DNA from: Octopus vulgaris
Lineage: Eukaryota
Reading direction: 5' to 3'
DNA length: 64,000 nt
Assembly: GCA_951406725.2 (NCBI GenBank)
Contig: OX597824.1
Location: 32,240,001 to 32,304,000, forward strand
This document shows positions 13,374 through 25,300 of the stretch, one piece after another. The notes below the pieces were generated by a model. That model ran no database searches and was not told where the DNA came from. It saw only the letters and a list, made by a program, of their open reading frames with translations. How positions within the stretch are numbered: position 1 is the stretch's first letter; every line of letters begins with the position of its first letter. Made by a program: the position numbers and the translations under genes.

Positions 13374-16300
13374 TATATATAGATATAAATATATATATAT
13401 ATATAGATATAAATATATATATATATAGATATAAATATATATATATATATAGATATAAATATATATATATAGATAGATATAAATATATATATATAGATAT
13501 AAAATATATATATATATATAGATATAAATATATATATATATATATTACAAATAAGAAAATGGAGAAACATATCAGTTGGTTTATCAGCTTTAGGATATTA
13601 GAATGTTGATTTATTTATTTATTTATCAAAATGACAACTATAATAACATACATATATACAGTATAAAATTCAATACATATAAGATAAGAATACAAGTATT
13701 TATTAAAAAAACATTAATATAAATTGTTAAAATCATTATATATTTATACAAACAACAGGCTTCTTTCATGTTCTGTCTACCAAATCCACTCATAAGGCTT
13801 TGGTTGGCCTGAGGCTATAGAAGATACTTGCTCAAAGTGCCATGCAGTAGGACTGAACCATGAACCATGTGGTTGGGAAGCAAGCTTCTTAACACACAAC
13901 TATGCCTGCGCCTATGTTAATGTATTTTTCTTAAAAGCTTTATAATGAAAGACACAGATCAAAGAGATTAAAAAGTTATTCTATCTGCAAATCAATACAA
14001 ACTTATGCAAAAGCCTGTATGATTTAACGTTTAATGGAAATGATAAAACAACAGTTTAAATGTTAATGAAAATATTTCAAGACAAACCTGAGAGGTTCAT
14101 AAGGTTGGTCACAAATATAAAATCCTTTCCGTTGAATTTGGATAATGTCTCCTTTCTTTAAAGTTGCTAAAGCAGCATCTCCCAATAGAAGTTCTTCTTT
14201 CTAAAGAGAATGACAAAGAAAAATTCATAAAAATTATTTAATGTTTATTTGGAATGGAATAACACTGTTCTATAACTGCAAGAGATACACAGTCTAACAA
14301 GAATAGCAGATGTTATAGAGAAGCTATGAGGGAGATATGCTTAGTCCATTTGTTTGCCAGCCAAAGAAGAGAGACATAAAATATCTCTCCTTTTATAGAG
14401 TGTCTATTCTTTATGTTTTTTGTTTTGTTTTTGGATTTGGTTTGCAAGATTCTTTATATGAGTTCATGTGTTGAAGCATATTCTGTTGTGTCTGGGGAGA
14501 GTCATTTTCTTTTTGTGCCTTATATTATAACACACATACCAGTAAAATTTCCACGTTTTTCTTATTTTCATTGTCCTAAAATTTTTGTTGCGTCTTGCAA
14601 CCTTTTCAATAGTTTTGACTCTCTTTTCAATAGTTTTGAGTCAAAACTATTGAAAAGGTTGCAAGACGCAACGAAAATTTTAGGAAAATGAAAATAAGAA
14701 AAACGTGGAAATTTTACCAGTGAGTGTGTTACATAATAAGGCACAAAAAGAAAAATGACTCTCCCCAGACACAATAGAATATTCTTTATGTGTTAATCAG
14801 AAAGTAAACCAGTGGCCATACCAAGCCGTCAGAAGAGGAACCAGCAGCAGATCAATAGCCAAGAAACTGGAGTCTCAATAGTTTAGTTCACCTAACTGTA
14901 AGCAGTAACCACAGGATGGTTTGGCAACAGTACTATGGAACTGACAAGCATTTTTGCTATCTTTTATCTTTTACATGTTTCAGTCATTAGAATGCAGCCA
15001 TGCTTGGGGCCCGCCTTGAAGAATTTTTAGTCAAATGAATTGATCCCGGCACTTTTAAGCTTGGTACTTATTCTATTGATCCCTCTGCTGAACTGCTAAG
15101 TTATGGGGATGTAAACACACCAACATTGTCATATATATATATATATATATGTCTGTACTCATACAATAACTGCTTCGTTTTTCCTATCTTCTCTCTACGA
15201 AATTTAACACTTTAACCCTTCAATCCTTAATTTTCATATTTCTCTGCCATCTGCCGTGCCCCGCCCTCCCACCCCCATCACCAATACCGGTGAACACTGT
15301 TCTCACCCCCACCACCAATACCGGTGAACACTGTTCTCACCATCTACACCGGATATGCCCTCCTCCTCCCCCACCACCATTGCGTGTGTCTCCCCCTCCT
15401 ACCCCTCCTTCTCACATGCTTTCACTGTGTACTACCCCTTCCCCCCCCACCAAGTCAAGCTGCTAGCACCGCAGCTCATTAACTGCCCCACTGATCTTAC
15501 GTTACCTCCTGTTTAGAATCTGTCACTGCCTCAATCCGACCATCTCCTTCCAGTCCCCTCCCCGTCTCGTGATATCCTACGTTTTTATTTCTTCTACACC
15601 AACCCATTCCTTGTCACCGTTCCTCCTTACCCAACCTTCCCCACTGGTGCTTCCCTATATTACCTGCACCCCCCACTATCTCTCCCTCTCTTTCCACTGG
15701 TGGAACCTTTCTCAGCTAGACCCCCCCCAACTCAGCTCTAGAAAAGCTCAAACCGATCGTGACCGATGCCGGACCCCCGGCCCCTGTGCAGGTGGCACGT
15801 AAAAAGCACCCAATCCACTCGCGGAGTGGTTGGCGTTAGGAAGGGCATCCAGCCGTAGAAACTCTGCCAGATCAGACTGGAGCCTGGAGAGGCCTCTGGC
15901 TTCCCAGACCCCGGTCAAACCGTCCAACCCGTGCTAGCGCGGAAAACGGACGTTAAACGATGATGATGATGATGATGATATATATATATATATATAGGAT
16001 GGGCTTGTTTCAGTTTCTGTCTACCAAATAAACTCACAAGGCTTTGGTTAGCCTGAAACTATAATAGAAGAGGTGTCACATAGTGGGACTGAACCCTGAA
16101 TCATGTGGTTGGGAAGCAAGCTTCTTACCACACAGCCATGCCTGCCCCTAGTTTGCAGTTCTGAAGTTAAAAAAAAAAAATTTTTTATTCTGAATGAAAA
16201 TAAATAATCATAGAATCAAGATGGCATGCCTTAAGCAATACGAATGTTTGTGGATAATTTTGAAAGGGAATCTTCCACCTATGCCAGTATATTAATATGA

Positions 16301-19300
16301 TTAGCCAATAAGTGATTGATATGTGGTCTGCTGATCTGCTAGAAATATCAGTCACATTACTCAAATCACACTCGATTATCTTTAAAAAAGAGAAGGATAC
16401 ATTGGGCAATGTAGTTTCAGATAAACCAAGTCTGAAAAGACTAGAAAATCCTGATTATGATCACATCTCTGTTTTACCAGACACAAGGCTAACCCACAAC
16501 AATAACAGCAGTACATAACATAAATTAATCCAGTGAAATTGCTTCTTTATGAGAGGGAGATATAAATATGTGGATGAGATAACTAAAACCAATGAAGGAA
16601 CTGCATAAAGGAAGATATCAATAATTCTGAGATACAACAAGAGAAGAGATATATGAAATACTAGCAGTATTGCCTGGCGTTGCTCGTGTTTGTAAGGGAA
16701 ATAACTATATAAGCATTTTTAGAGAGTTACTTCTCTTATATAACCCGAGCAAAAATGTGGAAAAATGATGGTAAATTTTTTTAAAATCATAGACTCATGC
16801 TAATACCCAGAAGGGCTCGATATGATGGCTATAAGATACCTGCTTTTGGTTAAACTGCACCACAAAATGTGGGAGTAGTTAGGAATCTAAATCGGAGGAG
16901 ACAGAGTCTCACACGCACAACTTAAATTGTATATATAAAGATTTTACTGAGTCAATAGCAAGTTTGATTACAAAAATGTAGTTTTTATAACTGAAACCAA
17001 AATTAAATTAGTTACCTTAGAATTGTAGTTTACAAATTGTTTAAAATCTTCATCTTTGCCCAGCAATGGTTTTGAGATGATATGGTCAAAGGTAACTGCA
17101 ACTGTAGGCACTAAATGACACTCCTCAGAATCAAGTAACCAGGTGAGTTTTTGTGTTTTTTTATAATCCTGAAATTGTAAAAGAGTAAAAATATTCAAGG
17201 GAGAAAAACCATTTTTCTTTAAATAAACTATTAAAAACAAAATGAATAACTGAAATTTTTTTACAACTACTACTGCAATATCACCACCATCATCAATTAA
17301 CATCTGTTTTCCATGCTGGCATGGATTGGACAGCTTGATAGGAGTTGGTAAAGGCTGGGAGCTGCACCAGGCTGCATCGTCTGTTTTGGCATAGTTTCTA
17401 TGGCTGGATGCCCTTCCTTATGTCAACCACTTTACAGTATGTACTGGGTGTTTTTTATGTGGCATTTGCACCAGAGCTTTTTACTTACTTATATTTTTCA
17501 ATTCAGTAAGAGTTCTTCAAAGAGTTAAGGACCGTTTTTGAACGAAAAACAAAGATAGTACATGATACATCTATTTTAACCCTTTAGTATTTAAACCGGC
17601 CATATCCGGCCAAAATATTTTATCTGTTTTATGTTCAAACTGACCAGATCCAGGCTCTCACACCTACCCTACAATGTTATTCTACACTAAGTAATTACAC
17701 CATCAAGATCTTGAAGATATGGGATAATGCATGATCAATTCAAATCAATGTGAATCAATAAGCATTACGTTTGATAGAATAATATGAACATTAAAGGGTT
17801 AAGCATTCATTTATTTGTTTGTTTCAGGAATTCATGAGGATCAAATTACATTTTTTTTATATATCATCATCATCATCATCATCGTTTAACGTCCGTTTTC
17901 CATGCCGGCATGGGTTGGATGGTTTGACTGGGGTCTGGGAAGCCAGGAGGCTGCACCAGGCTCCAGTCTGATCTGGCAGTGTTTCTACAGCTGGATGCCC
18001 TTCCTAACGCCAACCACTCCGTGAGTGTAGTAGGTGCTTTTTACATGCCACTGGCACAGGGGCCGGTGAAACCCATGTCAGCATGCTCTTTTCTTCTTTT
18101 AAATATACACCTACTGTTTTGTTCTTTAATATCTCATTTTTAATGACAATGCTTTTTTAAAACCTTTTATCATTCATATTACTCCAGCAAATGCATTGCT
18201 TATTCTTTCACATTGTTTTGAATTACTCATGCATAATCTCATAGCTTTGAGATTTCGTAATGTGATTGTTTATTTTTAGAATGACATTGTAGGGTAGGTG
18301 AGAGAGACAGGATTTGGCCAGTTTGAATATATAATAGGTTAAATATTGGGGCTGGATATGATCAGTTTAAACGCTAAGGGGTTAAACAGAGAAACCAGGG
18401 CATATTATATATGCACTGACTTATAGTTTTACTTTCACTTTCCAGAAATAGTGGTGTGCATTATATAAAAACAATACAATTAGTAATATAAAAAATAATC
18501 TACAAAAAGTTGTAAATAAACTACAAAATAGAACAATGTAAATAACATAAAAAATCAATTAACTCACAGTGTTTTCTAAATCCAAGCTGGCAACAATATT
18601 AGATACAGCACCGGCAGCATTCCTAATAAAACAATTGTTGAAATTTAGTTTTGTGAAGGCATAGGCACAGGAGTGGCTGTGTGGTAAGTAGCTTGCTTAC
18701 TTGTCACATGGTTCCGGGTTCAGTCCCACTGTGTGGCACCTTGGGCAAGTGTCTTCTACTATAGCTTCGGGCCGACCAAAGCCTTGTGAGAGGATTTGGT
18801 AGACGGAAACTGAAAGAAGCCTGTCGCATATATGTATATATGCATGTGTGTGTTTGTGTGTCTGTGTTTGTCCCTCTAGCATTGCTTGACAACCGATGCT
18901 GGTGTGTTTATGTCCCCGTTACTTAGCGGTTCGGCAAAAAAGACCGACAGAATAAGTAATGGGCTTACAAAAGAATAAGTCCCGGGGTCGAGTTGCTCGA
19001 TTAAAGGAAGTGCTCCAGCATGGCTGCAGTCAAATGACTGAAACAAGTAAGAGAGAGAGCATCAAGTATATGCAGCTGCTGTGTCTTTCATCGTCATCAT
19101 CATCATCATCTAATGCCTGTTTTTCATGCTGGTAAGGGTTGGATGATTTGACGAGCTGGTAGGCTGGAGAGCTGCACCAGGCTTCAGGCATCTGTTTTGG
19201 CGTGGTCCCTACAGCTGGATACCCATCCTAATGCCAATCACTTCACAGAGTATACTGGGTGCTTTTTGTGTGGCATTGGCACATGTGCTTATTACGTGGA

Positions 19301-22300
19301 ACTGACAAGCGTGTTTTCCTCATGAAACGACCACATGTGTTTTTTACACAGCACTACCACATGTGCTTTGTACATGGCACTAGCATATGTGCCTTTTACA
19401 TGGCACCAGCAGAGTTGCTGAGTAATTTGCAAGACAAAATGTCTGTCAACATTTAAACGAAATTGAGATACAAAGTTATGCATATTTCTGTGAACATTTA
19501 CATTTAATAGAATTATAATGCTAAGTGTATTTCTGTGAATATTTTAAATGAAATAGAGCCATAATGTTGAGTGTAATTCTGTCAATACATATAGAGACCA
19601 GGTCTGTAGGTGGTGGTGTAAGACTAAGAGACTGATGAAGTCTACTCCACAAAAACAAGAATGGTCCCTATGAGAGGCTCCTACACATTTTCTGACAACC
19701 AAATTTCATTCACAAGGTTTTGATAGAAGACACTCGCCAAAAGTGCTGTGAAGTGAAATTGAAACCAAAAGCACATAACTGCAAAAAGAATTTCTTAACT
19801 ACACAGAATATTGGAAATGAATGACAATGCTTGTATGACAGTGACACTCATTTACAACTTTCATACTTTGTTAACACAAGGAGATACAAACATACACACT
19901 CACACGCATACATATGTATACAATAGGATCTTTTTGTTTCCATTTGCCAAATCCACTCACAAGGCATTGGATGGGCTGAGGCTACAGTAGAAGACTTTCC
20001 AAGGTGTGACATAGCAGGGCCGAATCTGAAACCATGTAGTTAGGAAGCAGGCTCCTTAACCTAACAGCCATGCAGGCACCTAATTGAAACAAAGACATTA
20101 GGAATTTGACTCTTTAAGGAGGAAGGGAAAATCTCTTATGCTTTTTTTACCTTAGAAAACAGAAAAATTTGAAAAACAAAAATCCAATGAAAAAAATTAT
20201 GGAGTTTTCAATTAAAAAATGTGATAATTAGCATTATAAACTTACTTTTTAATTGATTCAATTTTTAGATTTCCCCAGTTGATGAATGTTGCAATTTCTC
20301 CTTCTTTTAAGGACTCAGCATCTTCTTTCTCAATAATAATATTAGGTCCATAACATACAAGCTTTGTTCCAACAGAATCATTCTAAAACATAGAAAAGTA
20401 ACAAATTCATATAAAATCCCTGTGAATACCATTGTCACTGCTAGCACCATATTCTATAATCGATGTAATTTATCATGATGATAATGATCATTTAATATCC
20501 ACTTTCCATGCTGGCATGGGTTGGATGGTTTGATATGGAGCTAGCCACCTGCAATGTCCAGACCCTAATTGTCTGTTGTGACATGGTTTCTATGGCTGGA
20601 TGCCCTTCCTAATGCCAACTATTTTACAGAGTGCATTTTATGTGCCAGTGGCATAGGTGCATTTACACAGCTCTGGCACATGAAGGGACAAGCATGTATG
20701 TGTGGAAGACAGCAATATTTCTAAGCTTGACACAGCTTATCAAGTACAGCTAATTGCCACATCTCCCAGTCCCTTGTCATTTCCTCAGTGAGGTCCAAAG
20801 TCCAATTATAAATGCTTTATATATGATGGACTTCTTTTAGTTTCTATTATACATGTATCTGAAAGAAGGAATGCACTGCTATAGGATTACCATATATTAT
20901 GGAAATGAGGGTTGCAGTTAACAAAAAAAACTCATCTATTATCAGCTAAAGGATGGTTTTAATGAAAAAAAATGTTAAAAATGATCAAACCTTGGGATGC
21001 TTTGCTACTTCTTTTGATGAAGGGGTTGCATCTTTAACAGTAACAGAAACAGCTCCGTCTTTAGTCAGAGCAGTATATCTTGGGACAATTGGATCAATAA
21101 CCTGAAATGAATTATAATATACTTAGTATTACCAATACATAAATACATTAAAACTTTGGTTTTGTCAAGTATATGTGATTATTAAGCTCCTCCAACCGAC
21201 TAACTTTGATATAGATATACAACATAATTATATTTTTATAACCTGTTAGACAAAGTATACCGAGTTTTAGTTAGGTTTAGCACCATTCTTTACAGTCCTT
21301 GAAACACTGAACCAATGATGGATGTTTTACATAGTTGTTCAACCTTCTAGAACCCTGGTTCACAGCTGAGGTAAAATTATCAAAGTTGAGCAATTAGATA
21401 GAATTAACTGTGGTTATCATTGGAAAGACACTAAGCAACACTCTTAATCACATAAAAAAAAATAATAATAACTAGCTGATGATACTTTGCCAGTTTGGAA
21501 AAAGGAATGTAAGTGAATGGGTGGTTGTAAGCTAAAATAAATGATGCATTAGAATAATTCAGTCGCAGAGGTTAATATTTATAAAAGAAATTAAATATTC
21601 AATAATTTATCATAAATTGCTACTAAAATACTTTCCATTGCTCAAAGAAGTAGAATAACAAGAACTATTTTTTTTGGAATGAAAAATTACCTTTTTGTTG
21701 ATTGCCCATATTTTATCCCATTCCATCATGACTATTGATTTTGAAGAACCCTAGAAATAAGTGGAAAATAAATACAAATAAATAGAAAATAAATGAATAT
21801 TCATTTTGGTTGTTTAGGTTTTCCAACAATTTCTCAATTCTTTTTTTATTCTAATCAACAACAAAAAAAAAAATCTATGACTGTAATAAGTTTTCTGTCA
21901 AGGACCAGAGAGGAAATATAATCAATTAAAAAGTTTAAAAAAAAAAATATTATATATAGGTTGATTGAAAAGTAACTCCCTACAGTACCTCACTATGTTG
22001 CAAGATGAGATCTGGCCAGTTATCAGTGCTTGGAAGAATACTGATATTAAAGATTTGATTTTCATGCAAGATGGTGCCACTCTACATTTTGCTCTTGTTG
22101 TTTGTGAATGGCTGAATGTCCACTTTGCTGGGAGATGGATGGGTCATTATGGTCCACGTGAGTGGCCAGCCAGGAGTCCCAATTTAACACCCTGTGATTT
22201 CTTTCTTTTGGGGGTGGTTATAGGAACAAGTCTACTATGCCAAACCAAAGACTTTGGAAGAACTTGAAGGGAGAATACAAGAAGTTATGTCTTCCATCCC

Positions 22301-25300
22301 ACAAGAGTTCCTGGTGAAATCAGTTGATGTAATTCCTAGGCGACTCAAGATGCTGGTGGTGACATTAGGAGCCCATACTGAATTTTTAATAAAACCTCAT
22401 ATCAAAAGCTTTCCTCTCATATCCATTCTTCTGTAAAAATTACAATTAATAAATAATTTATAAGTATTTTAAAATAGGGAGTTACTTTTCAATCATTCTG
22501 CATATATAAGTTTGTCATCGTTTGAATTTTTTTGTTCTGTAAACTAGCCGAGTCAGAAATATTATAAAGAAAAAAAAAACCCCAAAAGTAATACAATTTC
22601 TCTGTTCATAAAACTGCATCTTCTGATGGATTCTTTTATTTGTTTCAGTCATTTGACTGTGGCCATGCTGGAGCACCGCCTTTATTCGAGCAAATCGACA
22701 TTCTTTATTTTTCACAATGATTAAACGTGAATTAACAAAGTAATGGTGAAGTTCTTAAGCAGATCAGGCCGAAAATGTCACTAGAAGCTAGGATCACCAA
22801 GCATAGATGGGCATATTTTGGTCATATTATGCGGAGAAAATCCCTGGAGAACGACATCATGCTCGGAATGGTCAGTGGCAAGAGAGGAAGAAGCCGACCA
22901 AGAACCCGCTGGCTTGACACCATCAAGAGTGATACTAGAATGGACACAGCCAATCTGAAAGAAGTGACCCAGGATAGAACTGACTGGAGGTCACTGATCC
23001 ATGGAGTAACCGAGAGTTGACTTCGACTGAGCAGATAGATAGATAAATAGCCTTTGTTTTAATATCAAGGATCAAGTTTTTTTTTACGATAGTATTTCTC
23101 TCCTCCCACTATCTCTCTCTTTCTGTTTATGTATTTCAGTATTTGTTATCTTCTATCTTTTACTTGTTTCAGTCATTAGACTGTGGTCATGCTGGGGCAC
23201 CGCCTAGAAGGATTTTAGTCAAACTAATTGATCCCAGGACTTATTCTATTGGTCTCTTTTGCATAACTGCTAAGTCATGGGAATGTAAACACAACACCGG
23301 TTGTCAAGAGGTGGGGGGGGGGGATACAAAGACACACACCATGGGCTTATTTCAGTTTTTGTTCATCAAATCCACTCAAGAATTTGGTCATCCTGAAGCT
23401 ATAATAGAAGACACTTGCCGAAGGTGCCTTGCAGTGGGACTGAACTAGGAACCACGTGGTTAGGAAGCAAGCTTCTTACCACACATCCAAAAATATAACA
23501 TTCATCATCATTTTACGTCTGTTGTCCATGCTGGCATGGGTTAGATGATTTGATCAGGGTTGGTAAGTTGGAAGGCTGCACCAGACTCTGGTCTAATTTG
23601 GCATGGTTTTCTATGGCTGAATGCCCTCAGAGTGTAATGGGTGCTTTTTTTACATGCCACTGGCATGGGTGCCATTTGCATGACACCAGTATCTGCCACA
23701 ACGTAATACCAAAGGTCTCGGTCATTGCCTCTTTGAGGCCTAACACTTGAAAGGAACTCAGCCACTTTGCCTCCATGAGGCCTAATGCTCGAAAGGAACT
23801 CAGCCACTTTGCCTCCATGAGGCCTAATGCTCGAAAGGAACTCAGCCACTTTTTGCAACAAAATGTTTAACAAATAAATACAGCAACCATGACGTTCTTT
23901 GTACAAGACTTACTACAAATAAAATTTTGCAATTTCTATTTAATCCAAGCACAACTTACTTGAGCGATTATAAACTGTTTTAAGCCTTCAATAGTCATTC
24001 CTCTTCTTAATATACCACGGACAGTAGGGAAACGAGGATCATCCCTAGAAAAAAAAGATTTATATTGTAGAAGTTTCTCAGACTTTATAAGGAATCTAAC
24101 TCAAGATGTTACTTTTACTAAAGTAGTTTGTGTCAGAGTAATGGGTCAAGTAGAATGAAAGTACAGGGTGGACCAAAATGATCTGACACATTTGGAGGTT
24201 TAATAAAAGCACAAAATAAGAAAAAATGAAAAGAAAAATTTTATTTTCTGAATTCACCATTCCAGAAGAAATGATCCATAGAGTTATCAATAACTTTCAT
24301 GAACGTCTCCAACTGATTTAAGTTTTAAAACTTAATGAAATAAAATGGCATTATATGTACATTCAGAAAATAAAATGTTTCTTTTCATTATTTTATTTTG
24401 TGCTTTTATTAAGCCTCCAAATGTGTCAGATCATCATCATTTTAAGTGTCTACTTTTCCATGCTTGCATGGACCAGACAGAGTTTATTGAGGCAGATTTT
24501 ATATGGTCGAATGCCTTTCCTATTGTCAACCCTCACGATATTTCCTCATGGTCAGGCATGTTTTTGCAGAGTATTGGAAATAAACGAGACTGTTTATATG
24601 AAAGACATTCATTTACAGCTATTGCATGATGTTAAGACAAGGAGACAAAAACACACACATATATGTAGAGATGTGGGTGAGTAAGTATACAACAAGCTTC
24701 TTTCAGTTTCTGTCAATCAAATCCACTCATAAAGCTTTGGTTGGCATGGAGCAACAGTAGAAAACACTTGTCCAAGGTGCCATGCACTGAGGCTGAATCT
24801 GAAACTAGATGGTTGGGAAGCAAACTTCTTAATCACACAGCCCCACCTATGCCAATCAATATCTATAAAGTTGAAATGCGAAAAAGTTGTTTGATTTCTT
24901 GGTTATTTGTCTCATTTTGGTATGGAAACGGTTTAAGGGGCGGTAGATGGGGTCGGATTGGTGCCAAAATTTACACTGGGGGGTAAAATGGGGTGGGCAA
25001 TGGTGTGAGGAAGGTTGCAAAGTTGCTCAGGGCTACTGTTTGGTTGCCATGGTGAGGAATATGGGAAAAATTGAGTTTTAAAGAAGATAAAGATGAAGAA
25101 AAAATTTGAAAAATAAGAAAAAGAAGAGGGCAATAAAAAGAACCAGGCAAAGAAGACGAACAAAAGAAGGAAGGGAAAAGGAGACAACACGCACAAAAGG
25201 AACACCACCACCAAAACCCGAGCGAGGCACGGGTCAAAATAGTTAGTCTGTAAGAAACAGCAGTCAAATCACAGACTACTGATTTAAAAAAAAAAAAAAA

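Noticed and set aside
13015-13570. Ile-Tyr repeat ORFs (also 56135-56703 and 58993-59620)
   Set aside because: (TA)n and (CA)n microsatellites lack stop codons by construction.
23735-23851. Regularly spaced 42-bp repeats resembling a CRISPR array
   Set aside because: These are contiguous tandem units without unique spacers, inside a LINE 3' UTR remnant in eukaryotic DNA.
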